From NCBI GenBank assembly GCA_963765495.1, contig CAVXWP010000012.1, positions 128,001-192,000 of the forward strand: a stretch of DNA of 64,000 nucleotides, in the 5' to 3' direction. The notes beneath the pieces are model-generated. The model worked only from the letters and a program-made list of their open reading frames with translations. It did no database searches and was not told where the DNA came from. Shown here in pieces: positions 1 through 10,675 of the stretch. Position 1 is the stretch's first letter. Every line of letters begins with the position of its first letter. The translations under genes were made by a program, and so were the position numbers. The stretch is from Blastocatellia bacterium (lineage in GTDB: Bacteria; Acidobacteriota; Blastocatellia; UBA7656).

Positions 1-370
1 AGCAACACGTCAAGATGTCGGAAAACGAGAGCAAGCCTCGCAAAACGCCCGACTGATCAATCACCGGTAGCCGCCTGACCTGTACAGTCGCCATCCAGTT
101 GAGGGCTACTTTGATGTGGTCCTCGGGGCCACATGCGTATACAGGTTTTGACATAACTTCCCCCACGTTGATATTTGACGGGCTGCGAAGCGTCATTGCC
201 ACGGCGATGCTGATATCACGATCAGTGATCAGGCCTATCACGCCATCGTCATCTCCGAGCACCGGCAGCGCGCCGCAATCCTTTGCCCACATGATTTCCG
301 CGGCCGCTACCAGAGACGAATCCGGCCAACACCCAAAAACTTCTTTCGTCATCATCTCCTGAACCTTCAT
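1..370 (-). CDS. CBS-domain pair protein (3' end runs off the window)
   Basis: Not in ORF track. Manual translation from ATG at 370 gives MKVQEMMTKEVFGCWPDSSLVAAAEIMWAKDCGALPV...GLITDRDI...VGEVMSKPV...VRRLPVID, a typical tandem CBS pattern; GGGAG RBS upstream. Confidence 0.9.
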   Translation of the reverse strand, partial: MKVQEMMTKEVFGCWPDSSLVAAAEIMWAKDCGALPVLGDDDGVIGLITDRDISIAVAMTLRSPSNINVGEVMSKPVYACGPEDHIKVALNWMATVQVRRLPVIDQSGVLRGLLSFSDILTCC

Positions 371-436
371 GCTAAAACTCCCTTTTTGCGAGTCGCACCC
401 AACCGGCTCGTTTAATTCTGCTCAAACAGACGAAAG

Positions 437-452
437 GCAATGTTTGTGCCAG
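437..452 (-). promoter_or_regulatory. sigma54 (-24/-12) promoter for the CBS gene
   Basis: Minus strand reads CTGGCACAAACATTGC = TGGCAC-N5-TTGC with exact GG-N10-GC spacing, about 65 nt upstream of the ATG. Confidence 0.8.
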
Positions 453-916
453 CGGCGAAAACCGTCTTGCAGGCGATGGCTGGCGGCTCGGAATATAGGA
501 AATCGTGTAGCGAAATGCTGTTTCTGTTTGAGGGGTAGCCCGCCTAATATGGATTTTCTGTCCTTTCCCGGAGATGGTTGTCGGTGACACTGCCGGAAAG
601 GTTCTTTGATGGTGAGTGTAGAATCAAACCCCTTCGCAGTCCCAATTTGCCACATGCAGAAGATAAGGCTTCTCTTCCTGCGCCCTGTGAATCAGGCATC
701 TCGGCATACTATGATTAAAGAGGTAAGCGGTGATAGATGTGTCTGTAACTCAATGGCCTTCACGGCTGTCTTGCAGGCATTTTTATGATTAAATGAGATG
801 TTTCCTCGTTTTTGAAAAAATGCGGGAGGCGCTCTTGCGGGCCTGACCGGCAAGCAGCCCTTTTGAAGCATTCTGTAGGCTACAACAGGGATAGACTGGC
901 AAGGGAGTTGCACATT

Positions 917-2497
917 ATGAACGAGCTTCAAAAATGGGAGAGCGGGTCCGGGCAACTTTGGTCGTGGTGGAAGCCAATGGCGATAAGCACGCGGTTAATT
1001 CTATTCCTAACAATCGCGGTAAGTGTGGTGATCGCTGTCACCAGTTATACCAGCCTGCGCCGACGCGAGGCCGGTTTGAATCAGGCAATGCGATCAGAGG
1101 TTGTTGCCCACGCCTATACCTTGCAGATTGCCCTTGAGGATCTCTTCAGAGCAGGCCGGTCTTCCGACGCGGCGCATCTGGTTGATCGTTTGAGTGACAA
1201 CCCCTACCTTTTTCGCGTCACCCTGTTTGATGAAACCGGGCGCGTCCTGATCTACTCGGATCTGGATACGGCGGGCGAACAATCTACAGACCCGGAAGTC
1301 CTTAAGACCATTGCCACCGGAAACAGAATTGAGCACTTGCACGTGACCGGAGGTCAGGAGTACTTTGCAATCATCCTGCCCGTACAACTCGGTGAAGGGC
1401 GGCAAGGAGCCTTCGAGATTGCCCAGCCTACCGCTTCTTTGCAAGCCGATATCGCTCATGCCCGTCGCACCCAGGCGACCAATCTGGCTGCTGTCGTCGG
1501 TGTGATTTTAATCATCGTATCGGTAGTATTGCGTCGAAGTCTGGCGCGACCAATCAAGGCGTTGCTCGAAGGGGCAGAAGCCATCGGGCGCGGCGATCTC
1601 AGCTATCGAGTAACTTTGTTGCGGAAGAATGATGAGTTTTCTCGACTGGCGAGCGAGTTCAATCGCATGGCCGACAGTCTCGGCGCTCAGCACGAAGCGG
1701 CAGTACGCGCCGCCGAGCAGAGGGTTGAGCTTGAGAGAGAGTTGCGGCACCGCGACCGGCTCGTGCTGATTGGCAGGATTTCGGCCTCGGTCGCCCACGA
1801 GATGGGCACGCCGCTAAACGTAATCGATGGTCGCGCCGCCCAGTTATTACAGCGACCGGATTCGCCGATTGATATGCGCCAGCGCAACCTGACGATCATA
1901 CGCGAGCAGACCCGGCGCATCGCCCAGGTTGTGCGTCAATTGCTCGATCTGGCGCGCACAAACGGGATACGCCGCCAGCCGGTTGATCTGGCACAGGTTT
2001 TTAACGATGTCAGCGAGTTGATCGAAGGCGAGGCGGACCGCCAGGGCGTCAGCGTCGAGATTGTTGCCGGTCCGCCGGTCTGCATCGAAGGCGATAAGGA
2101 TATGCTGCGCCAGGTTTTTCTCAATCTCTGCATCAACGCCATCCAGGCCATGCCACAGGGCGGGCATCTGCGAGTCGAGTGCCAAAGCGATGGCCCGATC
2201 AAAGCTGACCGGCAATTCATCGTCGCGAGTGTGTCCGATAGCGGCGACGGAATTGCGCCCGAGCACCTGCCGCAGATATTTGATCCTTTTTTCACGACCA
2301 AGGATGTCGGGCAAGGGACGGGGCTTGGGCTGGCCGTGTCTCGCCGCATAGTCGAGGATCACGGCGGCTGGATCACGGCGGCCAATGACCCGCTTAACAA
2401 TGGCGCTGTTTTCGCGGTGTTCCTGCCACAATGGCAAGAGCGCCAGGAAGAAGTCGCCGGGCAAGTGACGGCGGAGGTCGGGCAGGAGACGAGATGA
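917..2497 (+). CDS. membrane sensor histidine kinase (HAMP, HisKA, HATPase)
   Basis: Two TM segments, HAMP, AHEMGTPLN H-box, NLCINAIQAM N-box, DSGDGI, FDPFFTTK, GTGLGL; start moved to ATG 917 after AGGGAG. Confidence 0.93.
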   Translation: MNELQKWESGSGQLWSWWKPMAISTRLILFLTIAVSVVIAVTSYTSLRRREAGLNQAMRSEVVAHAYTLQIALEDLFRAGRSSDAAHLVDRLSDNPYLFRVTLFDETGRVLIYSDLDTAGEQSTDPEVLKTIATGNRIEHLHVTGGQEYFAIILPVQLGEGRQGAFEIAQPTASLQADIAHARRTQATNLAAVVGVILIIVSVVLRRSLARPIKALLEGAEAIGRGDLSYRVTLLRKNDEFSRLASEFNRMADSLGAQHEAAVRAAEQRVELERELRHRDRLVLIGRISASVAHEMGTPLNVIDGRAAQLLQRPDSPIDMRQRNLTIIREQTRRIAQVVRQLLDLARTNGIRRQPVDLAQVFNDVSELIEGEADRQGVSVEIVAGPPVCIEGDKDMLRQVFLNLCINAIQAMPQGGHLRVECQSDGPIKADRQFIVASVSDSGDGIAPEHLPQIFDPFFTTKDVGQGTGLGLAVSRRIVEDHGGWITAANDPLNNGAVFAVFLPQWQERQEEVAGQVTAEVGQETR

Positions 2498-3864
2498 ACG
2501 AACGGTTGCTTATTGCGGAAGATGACGCGGACATGCGCGACCTGTTGCAGGAAGACCTGGAAAACGCCGGTTATGAGACCGTCATCGCGGTTGACGGCGC
2601 GGCGGCGCTGGATTATATCAAGCGCGAGCGCAAACCCGTTGATCTGATAATCACCGACGTGCAAATGCCCGGCCTGAAAGGCGACGTATTGCTCCAGGCG
2701 CTCCGCGAGCACCACGCCGAGATTCCGGTGATTGTTATTACGGGATTTGGCTCGGTCGAGCAAGCCGTGCATATGATCAAAGCGGGTGCCTTTCAATATC
2801 TGACGAAACCCTTTGAGACCGTCGAATTGCTGCAACTCATCGACGCGGCGCTCACGGCAAGCGCACCCCAGCGCGAGCAGGCGCGTCTGCGGCGTGAACT
2901 GCCTGCCGCGCCGGCGCAAATCATCGGCGCATCGCGGCCCATGCGGGAATTGTTCGAGTTGATCGCCCGCGCCGCGCGCAACACCAGCACGGTCTTGATC
3001 GCGGGCCAATCGGGGACCGGCAAAGAACTGGTCGCGCGCGCGCTGCACGAATCTTCTGGAAGGCGCGGCGCTTTCGTGCCGGTCAATTGCGCAGCCATTC
3101 CTGCGGAGTTGATTGAGGCCGAGTTGTTCGGGCATACGGGACAAGCTTTCACCGGCGCAAAGCAGGCGCGTCCGGGCCTTTTTGAATCGGCTGACGAAGG
3201 GACGATATTTCTGGATGAGATAGGCGAATTGCCTCTGGCCATGCAGCCGAAATTACTTCGTGTTTTACAGGAAGGCGCAGTGCGGCGGGTCGGCGCAGAT
3301 CGTGAGCGCGAAATCAAGGTGCGGGTTGTTGCGGCCACCAACCGCGATCTGGAAGAAGAGGTGCGCGCCGGAAGATTTCGCGAGGACCTTTACTGGCGAT
3401 TGAACGTCATACACCTGCGTGTGCCGAGCTTGCGTGAACGCAGGTTCGATATCCCGCTGCTGGTTGAGCACTTCATCGCTAAAGCCGCCGAAGCGTCCGG
3501 CATGCCGTCGCTAGATGTTTCGCCCGAAGCGCTGGCTATGTTGACGGCTTATGATTGGCCGGGAAATGTGCGTGAACTGGGGAACGCCCTCGAGCGCGCC
3601 GTGGCGATGGCGGACGGAGCTATCTTACAGCCCTCCGACCTGCCCGAGCGGATTCAATCAGGCGGTGCCACGGCCGCGCTGATCACTCACGGTCGTGAGC
3701 GGCGGTTGAGCCTCCGAGAGCTTGAGCGCGAGTACATACTTGAGATTCTGCACGAAACAGATGGCAACAAGTTGCGCGCTGCCGAGATACTCAAAGTCGA
3801 CCGCAAAACGCTCTACCGCAAGCTCGATGAGTATCGCGCCGAAGACCCCACGCTGGAAATTTGA
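2494..3864 (+). CDS. sigma54-dependent NtrC/AtoC-family response regulator
   Basis: REC domain, GQSGTGKE Walker A, ELFGH..QAFTGA (GAFTGA variant), FLDEIGE, WPGNVREL, Fis-type HTH; ATGA overlap with kinase stop. Confidence 0.95.
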   Translation: MNERLLIAEDDADMRDLLQEDLENAGYETVIAVDGAAALDYIKRERKPVDLIITDVQMPGLKGDVLLQALREHHAEIPVIVITGFGSVEQAVHMIKAGAFQYLTKPFETVELLQLIDAALTASAPQREQARLRRELPAAPAQIIGASRPMRELFELIARAARNTSTVLIAGQSGTGKELVARALHESSGRRGAFVPVNCAAIPAELIEAELFGHTGQAFTGAKQARPGLFESADEGTIFLDEIGELPLAMQPKLLRVLQEGAVRRVGADREREIKVRVVAATNRDLEEEVRAGRFREDLYWRLNVIHLRVPSLRERRFDIPLLVEHFIAKAAEASGMPSLDVSPEALAMLTAYDWPGNVRELGNALERAVAMADGAILQPSDLPERIQSGGATAALITHGRERRLSLRELEREYILEILHETDGNKLRAAEILKVDRKTLYRKLDEYRAEDPTLEI

Positions 3865-4152
3865 GCCGAAGGTAATCACTCGCCTCTATCCTCCCAGAGA
3901 AACTAAATATTCAAGTCTGGGGAGATTCTTCGAAACGCCTCTTAACGCAATTCCCGGTCGCGTATAAATTGGCTCCGGGTGCCCGCGACTCATAAACTGA
4001 ATGACATTGACAGCGATAGGATAAGCAAAGTATTTTTCTCGCGCTCCGCTTCTATCTTCCGTCTACGGGGGAGGCTGGGCGGCGGGCGGCGCGTAAACGA
4101 ATGACCAGAGTTAGCACGTGAAAGGCATACGCTTCCTTTCATTAGCCTTATC

Positions 4153-5742
4153 TTGTTTTTGAATTTTAATACCTATCACATCTTCTCCGGCAGGCGTGGC
4201 ATAGCCGTAATCGGCTTGGTGGCTGCGGCCCTCTCTTTAACAGCGTTCCTCTATTTTTTCTCTCACGCAATGACGAATCTTTACGGAGATGGAGTTGCCC
4301 ACGTCAACATCGCCCGCAAAGTCGTAGACAGCCCCGACAGTTCTCTGTGGCAGCGATATATGCAGATCGGTTCCCCGTGGCTCCCTCTGCAAACGGCGTT
4401 GATGCTGCCGCTTGTAGCAAACGACTGGATGTGGAGGACCGGAGTGGCAGGAAGCATACTTTCGATGTTCGCTTTCATAGTTGCCGCCGTCGCGTTGTTT
4501 CTTCACGCCAGATACCTGTACGGCAAACAGGAAGAGCCTTACCGTAATCTTTTGCCCGTGATTGCCGCCGCCGTTTTCATCCTGAACCCGAGCGCGCTCT
4601 ACATGCAGACGACTCCCATGACCGAGTTGATTTTTCTGGCAACGATTACGGTCGCGGCGCTCAGTATTCGGCGCTGGGTGGAGGTTCAAACACAGGCGCG
4701 GCTCGTGGTTGCCGCTCTGGCCATGACGGTTGCCACACTCGCCCGTTATGAAGCGTGGCCGGTCGCGTTTCTAGCGGTCGCAGTGGTTGCGCTTTGCTCT
4801 CGCGGCAGCCTCGGTCATAGAGTGAAAAATGCGTCGCTGTTTTCAGCGATTGTTCTTGTAGGGCCGATCTACTGGTTATGGCACAACTGGGCGATCTATG
4901 GCGATGCGCTGTGGTTCCTCACCGGGCCGTATTCGGCGCGGGGCCTCTATCTTCAGAATCGGGCCAATCTCGGCTGGTCGAAAATCTTTGTGGGGCACGC
5001 CTTGCTCGATGTGTTGTTGATGGCCGTGACCGTGGCGGTTTGTGTAGGGCCGCTTGTGATGCTGCTTGCGGCAACCGGGCTGGGCAGGTTGATCTTTGTC
5101 AGACGCCGGGAGTTTATCGAAGAAACGCCGGCTCTGCTGCTGCTGGTCCCCTTCTTTTTTCACGTCTTCAGCCTCTACAGGGGAGAGATTCAGATTTTCC
5201 CTTTGAGCGTTTTCGGGCTCCTCAATGCAAGGTACGGCCTGCCTCATCTGGCAGGCGCGGCATTGTTTGCCCCGGCTGCGGCCCTGCTTTTTAAGCGCGT
5301 GAATCCGCGATGGGCAATCGCCTCGGTCTGTCTGATCGTAGCCGCGCAATACCTCTATTTAGTATCAGACGGCGCAACCGATCTGGCGGTCTATCAGGAA
5401 GCTTACCGTAACGGGGTGAATGCCCGGCCCGCGCGGGAACGCGCTCGCGCTTCCGCGTGGCTAAAAGAGCATCCGCCGGAACCTGTAATACTGATGAACA
5501 CGGGCGCGCTCGGCCCTCTGGTGTCGGAGGGTGGTCTCCGCTTTTCAGAGATAGTTCACGAAGGCACCAAAAGGTGGCATCAGATAAAAGAGCAAATTCC
5601 AGACGATGTCTCTACAATCGTAATTCAGGAGGGCGACCCGCTCGATCTTAAACTGCGAGAAAACGCGGCGCTTGCTCGTGATCTGGCCAAAGACTTTCAA
5701 GAACGTTTTGCGGTTGGCAATATTCGTATCTTCGAACGATGA
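4153..5742 (+). CDS. polytopic membrane glycosyltransferase, GT-C (ArnT/PMT-like)
   Basis: Many TM helices; YGDGVAH, WLPL, PMTE and RYEAW motifs; start uncertain. Confidence 0.7.
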   Translation: MFLNFNTYHIFSGRRGIAVIGLVAAALSLTAFLYFFSHAMTNLYGDGVAHVNIARKVVDSPDSSLWQRYMQIGSPWLPLQTALMLPLVANDWMWRTGVAGSILSMFAFIVAAVALFLHARYLYGKQEEPYRNLLPVIAAAVFILNPSALYMQTTPMTELIFLATITVAALSIRRWVEVQTQARLVVAALAMTVATLARYEAWPVAFLAVAVVALCSRGSLGHRVKNASLFSAIVLVGPIYWLWHNWAIYGDALWFLTGPYSARGLYLQNRANLGWSKIFVGHALLDVLLMAVTVAVCVGPLVMLLAATGLGRLIFVRRREFIEETPALLLLVPFFFHVFSLYRGEIQIFPLSVFGLLNARYGLPHLAGAALFAPAAALLFKRVNPRWAIASVCLIVAAQYLYLVSDGATDLAVYQEAYRNGVNARPARERARASAWLKEHPPEPVILMNTGALGPLVSEGGLRFSEIVHEGTKRWHQIKEQIPDDVSTIVIQEGDPLDLKLRENAALARDLAKDFQERFAVGNIRIFER

Positions 5743-6020
5743 TAGAGTCAGACAGGTATCGAATCTTATTCGGGCAGATTATCCATATGATCTCTGCACC
5801 CTTATTGGAGGTCGATTTATGATCCGAAATCAGACACTCCCGGTTTCTAACCCTCGCTTCAGACAGCGTAATTTATACGGCAAATCACAGCAAAATGCGC
5901 CTCAGATTCAGATGGTCGCTCAGGCTCGGCTGCCGTTGTTTGCCGAGTCGCTTGCAAGGCAGTATCCTGTATGTTAGACATTGAAAGGAATATCATTCTA
6001 TTTAAGAGAGTAAAAACTTT

Positions 6021-6683
6021 ATGACAAGGAGAGGCATGAGAGGTAAGATTACGATATTCATAGATGGCAATAACCTATTTCATGCGGCGAGATCAGTGGG
6101 TGTAGAGATAGATTACGCCAAATTTCTGAATTTCTTGCGCGGTGATTCGGCCCTGCTCAGGGCATTCTTCTACACGGGTGTTGATGAAAAGGCAGAGCGT
6201 CAGCAGGGGTTCCTGCTCTGGATGCGAAGAAACGGGTATCGTGTAGTTGAAAAAGAGCTAAAGACTTATGCCGACGGCACAAAGAAAGCAAATCTCGACG
6301 TGGAGATCGCCGTAGACATGCTCAGTCTGGCCGACAAATACGATACGGCGGTGCTGGTTTCAGGAGATGAAGATTTCGCGTATGCCATAAATGCGGTTGC
6401 CTACAAAGGAGTGCGCGTCGAACTGGCCGGATTCCGCAGCAATACAAGCCCACGATTGATTGATGTGGCTGATCAGTTTATCGAACTGGATTCGCACATT
6501 GATGAAATCACCAAATCAGATAGCCGTTACAACTATCAAACTCATAATCACAATCATCACTATTCAAACGGGTACGGTCAGAATCAATATACTTCGGGTA
6601 ATTATGCTCATCCTCGCTCGGACGATAACCTCTTGCGAGTCACCGATGAGGAACCTGAGATCGAGATGGGCGAGGAAGTATAA
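6021..6683 (+). CDS. NYN (LabA/DUF88) PIN-like domain protein
   Basis: IFIDGNNL, KANLDVEIAVDM, VLVSGDEDF and ADQFIEL motifs. Confidence 0.92.
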   Translation: MTRRGMRGKITIFIDGNNLFHAARSVGVEIDYAKFLNFLRGDSALLRAFFYTGVDEKAERQQGFLLWMRRNGYRVVEKELKTYADGTKKANLDVEIAVDMLSLADKYDTAVLVSGDEDFAYAINAVAYKGVRVELAGFRSNTSPRLIDVADQFIELDSHIDEITKSDSRYNYQTHNHNHHYSNGYGQNQYTSGNYAHPRSDDNLLRVTDEEPEIEMGEEV

Positions 6684-6783
6684 ACGTGATGCGTGAAGAG
6701 TGATTCGTGATTCACCTGTCTTGCCATTTGTCTTTAACAGGCGGTCTGCCTGAAAGTCACGCATCACTCTTCACGCATCACGT
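6684..6783. repeat. heptamer (CGTGATG-type) fold-back element
   Basis: Arms 6684-6712 and 6755-6783 are reverse complements at 27/29. Confidence 0.9.
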
Positions 6784-7799
6784 GAACGCATTTCCGCCGA
6801 TACGTCTGTGCGAATACAGGCAACGCGGTGATGGGGGCGTATCTCGATCAGCGGCGGCTTCTCTTTTCTGCACTCTTCGACGGCTATCGGACAGCGCGTG
6901 TGAAAACGGCACCCGGGAGGCGGGTTGATCGGCGTAGGCGCGTCACCTTCAACGCGAATGCGTCTGCGCTTTGCTCGCGGCACGGGGATCGGTATTGATG
7001 ACAAAAGCGCCTGCGTGTAGGGGTGCAGAGGGTTTGCAAACATCTCTTCGGTTTCGGCCTCTTCGACTATCTCTCCCAGATACATCACAGCAACGCGGTC
7101 GGAAATGTGTTTGACCACGGCCAGGTCGTGCGCGATGAAAAGATATGTGAGATCGAATTCCTGCTGAAGCTCTTTGAGCAGATTCAGTATCTGCGCCTGG
7201 ATGGAAACATCGAGCGCCGACACGGCCTCGTCACACACTATAAAGCGAGGGCGCACGGAAAGCGCGCGCGCGATGCCGATTCTCTGGCGCTGGCCGCCCG
7301 AAAACTCGTGCGGATAACGATTCGCATGCTCAGGCGCAAGCCCCACGAGGCGAAGAAGATCGGCGACCTGATCCCCCACCGTCTGCCGCCGCGAAGCAGC
7401 AGGGCGAGCGTTTGTCTCGTCTGCTTCGATCCGGTGAACAAGCAGCGGTTCGGCAAGCATGGCTCCGACCGTCATACGCGGATTCAGCGAACCGTAAGGG
7501 TCTTGAAATATGATCTGCATCTCGCGACGCAGCCTGCGCATTTCGCGCGCGCTCAGTGAGAGCAATTCCTGCCCGTCAAAAACCAGTCGCCCCGATGTCG
7601 GCTCAATAAGTCTCAGAATGGCTCGCCCTGTAGTGGTCTTTCCGCAGCCAGATTCGCCGACGAGCCCGAGAGTCTGGCCGCGAGGTATCGAAAAGGATAT
7701 TCCGTCTACGGCCCGCACATGCCCGACGATCTTCGGCACTATGCCCTTGCGAATCGGGTAATGTTTCACGAGATTTTCGACTACCAGCAAATCATCCAT
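6771..7799 (-). CDS. oppF: oligopeptide/dipeptide ABC transporter ATP-binding subunit
   Basis: [32 protein letters not shown]-terminal GCRFHTRCP. Confidence 0.92.
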   Translation of the reverse strand: MDDLLVVENLVKHYPIRKGIVPKIVGHVRAVDGISFSIPRGQTLGLVGESGCGKTTTGRAILRLIEPTSGRLVFDGQELLSLSAREMRRLRREMQIIFQDPYGSLNPRMTVGAMLAEPLLVHRIEADETNARPAASRRQTVGDQVADLLRLVGLAPEHANRYPHEFSGGQRQRIGIARALSVRPRFIVCDEAVSALDVSIQAQILNLLKELQQEFDLTYLFIAHDLAVVKHISDRVAVMYLGEIVEEAETEEMFANPLHPYTQALLSSIPIPVPRAKRRRIRVEGDAPTPINPPPGCRFHTRCPIAVEECRKEKPPLIEIRPHHRVACIRTDVSAEMRSRDA

Positions 7800-8002
7800 G
7801 AAAGGCAAGCTCGTCGCTTTATTTCAAATCTGAAAGAGATTTCAAATCTCATCTCAAATCTCATAATAACTGATTCCGGTATTAGGATAACAAAGCCTGA
7901 TGGCTCTTGCGACTTCCTTCCGTCTTCAAGCGAACCCCTATTCCCACCCGCTCTCATCCTTCCCGGTCGTGAAGGGGGATGATTTTGAGTCTTTATGCGC
8001 TT

Positions 8003-9031
8003 TCACGCCCCTATCGACCCGCGAGTTGCGCGGCCTACCTCTTCGGCAAAATGGCAGGCGGCAAAATGACCTGGTTCGATTGCTCGCAGGTGAGGCTCCT
8101 GTTTGCATATCTCTTCGGCGAGCGGGCAGCGGGTGCGAAAGCGGCACCCTGACGGGAAATCGAGCGGGCTTGGAACCGCGCCCGGAATTACGGAAAGGAC
8201 TCTCTTGTTTTCCGTGAGAGTCGGCAGCGAACGGAAAAGCCCGTGAGTGTATGGATGTCTGGGGTGATCGAATAATTCGACGACGGGCGCGTATTCGACT
8301 ATCTTGCCGGCATACATCACGGCGACCCGTTCACAGGTTTCCGCGACCACCCCGAGATCGTGCGTAATCAACAGGACGGACATCTCAAACTCGTGTTGAA
8401 GATCATTGAGCAAATCGAGTATCTGAGCCTGAATCGTGACATCGAGCGCCGTGGTAGGCTCGTCGGCTACGAGCAGTTTAGGCTGGCATACGAGCGCCAT
8501 AGCGATCATCGCTCGCTGTTTCATGCCGCCCGATAGCTGGTGCGGATAATCATCACAGCGGGACTCAGGCGACGGGATGCCGACCCGCCCCAGCATTTCG
8601 ATGGCAATCGCGCGAGCCTCGCGGCGGGACGCCTTCCGGTGTTCGAGGATGGTCTCTATGATCTGCTGGCCGATGCTCATTATCGGGTTGAGCGAAGACA
8701 TCGGCTCCTGAAAGATCATCGAGATCATATTGCCGCGCACGCGGCGTATTTCGTCCTCATCGAGCGCAAGCAGATTCTCTCCGCGAAAACGTATCTCGCC
8801 TCCGGCATACACGGCCGGAGGCGAGGGCACGAGCTTCAGCATCGAAAAGGCTGTGACCGATTTGCCGCAACCCGATTCGCCTACAAGTCCGAGCGTTTCG
8901 CCAGAAGAGATGTGGAAACTCACTCCGTCCACGGCTTTCACGAGTCCGTCTTCCGTCTGGAAATAGACGCAAAGGTCGCTTATTTCAAGTAACGCGCCTT
9001 CGGGGTCGATGATTTCCGTATTGGCAGACAT
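8003..9031 (-). CDS. oppD: oligopeptide/dipeptide ABC transporter ATP-binding subunit
   Basis: [40 protein letters not shown]. Confidence 0.92.
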   Translation of the reverse strand: MSANTEIIDPEGALLEISDLCVYFQTEDGLVKAVDGVSFHISSGETLGLVGESGCGKSVTAFSMLKLVPSPPAVYAGGEIRFRGENLLALDEDEIRRVRGNMISMIFQEPMSSLNPIMSIGQQIIETILEHRKASRREARAIAIEMLGRVGIPSPESRCDDYPHQLSGGMKQRAMIAMALVCQPKLLVADEPTTALDVTIQAQILDLLNDLQHEFEMSVLLITHDLGVVAETCERVAVMYAGKIVEYAPVVELFDHPRHPYTHGLFRSLPTLTENKRVLSVIPGAVPSPLDFPSGCRFRTRCPLAEEICKQEPHLRAIEPGHFAACHFAEEVGRATRGSIGA

Positions 9032-9120
9032 TCGCTTGTGCTCCCTTTTACAAATTTCAAGATAGCGGATTTACAGACGGAAAGCCCTGATTCACATTTC
9101 AACCGATCTGCAAGAGGACG

Positions 9121-9525
9121 CTATTTATGAGGTGCGAGGATGTCGCTGGCAAGATATATCTGCTGCTGCCCCTGATCCCGCACACGGCGGGCAAGATCGG
9201 CGAGGTTCTGATTTTCGTCCGGCGTGGCGAGTTTTATAACCATAGGCAGATTGACTCCCGTGACGACTTCCACCCGGGTCTCTCCCAGAAAGCTTGCGGC
9301 GATATTCGTAGGCGTGCCGCCGAACATGTCCGTAAGCAAAAGCACGCCCTCGCCCGTATCAACCCGTTGTATGGCGCGTTCAATCTCTTCGCGGGCCACA
9401 TCAACATCGTCGTGCCAGCCTATAGAGACCGCCGTGATGTGATGGATCTCTCCGACAATCATCTCAGCCGCCGATACAAGCTCGTTGGCCAACTGCCCGT
9501 GCGTTACTATTACTCCTCCGATCAT
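9121..9525 (-). CDS. PTS EIIA component, mannose/fructose family
   Basis: IVTHG phospho-His motif, TDMFGGTP, GVNLPM. Confidence 0.93.
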   Translation of the reverse strand: MIGGVIVTHGQLANELVSAAEMIVGEIHHITAVSIGWHDDVDVAREEIERAIQRVDTGEGVLLLTDMFGGTPTNIAASFLGETRVEVVTGVNLPMVIKLATPDENQNLADLARRVRDQGQQQIYLASDILAPHK

Positions 9526-9531
9526 TGGATC

Positions 9532-9609
9532 AGTTTTGAGTTATGAGTTTTAAGTTTTGAATTAGAAGAGTCTGTTTAATTCAAAACTTAAAACTCATAA
9601 CTCATAACT
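9532..9609. repeat. heptamer (GAGTTTT/AAAACTC) fold-back element
   Basis: Arms 9532-9564 and 9577-9609 are reverse complements at 32/33. Confidence 0.92.
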
Positions 9610-9613
9610 CCTT

Positions 9614-10489
9614 TCAGGCTTTGTATCGCTGCTCATCCCTGTTTATGTCGCGATGCACGACACGGGTCTTGAATCCAGCCTCGGCCAGTCGCTTATGAAT
9701 CTCTTCGGCGACCATAACCGAGCGATGACGCCCGCCCGTGCAGCCGATTCCAACCGTCAAATAGCTCTTGCCTTCGCGTTGAAAAAAGGGCAACAGATAG
9801 ATAAGCAGATCGACGAGCCTTGAGATAGTCTCTTCGACTTCGTCCTGTGATTGAAGGAATTCGATCACTGCCGGGTCGCGTCCGGTGAAGGCGCGCAACT
9901 CCGGTACGAAGTGCGGGTTTGGCAAAAACCTGACGTCAAAGAGCATATCCAGCCCGCGAGGTAACCCGTGACGAAAGCCGAACGACGTGATCGTCACAAG
10001 CATCTCCGGCGTCGCGCTCTTTTCGGCAAAGCGGTCTCTGATGGCATCGCGCAGAGTGTGAACCGTGTGTTCGGATGTATCAATGACTATATCGGCCAGT
10101 TCGCGAGTCTCTGCAAGCATCATTCGCTCCTGACCAATCGCCGCAAGCACATTCCGGTCGATCAACGGATGTGGCCTGCGCGTTTCGCTGTAACGGCGCA
10201 GCAGCACTTCATCATCCGCTTCTAAAAAGATCACCGTCACATCAATTTTTTCGTCGGCGAGCGTATCGCGAATATTTGAGAGATTCCCGAGCAGTTCACG
10301 CGAGCGCACATCGACTACGAAGGCTGTGCGGCTGATTTCGCTCGACTCTTCACACAGTCTCACAAGTGTGGGGATGAGCCGGACGGGCAGGTTATCTATT
10401 GCAAAATAGCCCAGGTCCTCAAACGTCTTGAGCGCCGAAGACATCCCCGACCCTGACACCCCGGTGATTATAACGACTGAAACTGGCAT
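9614..10489 (-). CDS. rapZ: RNase adapter RapZ
   Basis: ITGVSGSG, DNLP, RRYSETRRPHPL, SFGF, FDVRFLPNPH, GCTGGRHRSV. Confidence 0.95.
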   Translation of the reverse strand: MPVSVVIITGVSGSGMSSALKTFEDLGYFAIDNLPVRLIPTLVRLCEESSEISRTAFVVDVRSRELLGNLSNIRDTLADEKIDVTVIFLEADDEVLLRRYSETRRPHPLIDRNVLAAIGQERMMLAETRELADIVIDTSEHTVHTLRDAIRDRFAEKSATPEMLVTITSFGFRHGLPRGLDMLFDVRFLPNPHFVPELRAFTGRDPAVIEFLQSQDEVEETISRLVDLLIYLLPFFQREGKSYLTVGIGCTGGRHRSVMVAEEIHKRLAEAGFKTRVVHRDINRDEQRYKA

Positions 10490-10495
10490 AAAGCT

Positions 10496-10669
10496 GTAAG
10501 CAGTAGCAGTAAGCAGTAGGCAGTAACCAGTCCTTTTGAAGCCATGAACTGATCCGCGTAAACCCGCATGAGACGCGTCCGTCCTGGCTTATTTCAACTC
10601 TCCCATTTATGCAGTTGCCTTTAGACTAATAAACGTCCTTACTCAACTGCCTACTGCCTACTGCCTACT
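10496..10669. repeat. heptamer (AGTAGGC/GCCTACT) fold-back element
   Basis: Left arm gtaagcagtagcagtaagcagtaggcagt (10496-10524), right arm actgcctactgcctactgcctact (10646-10669), about 120-nt spacer. Confidence 0.85.
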
Positions 10670-10675
10670 ATCAGG

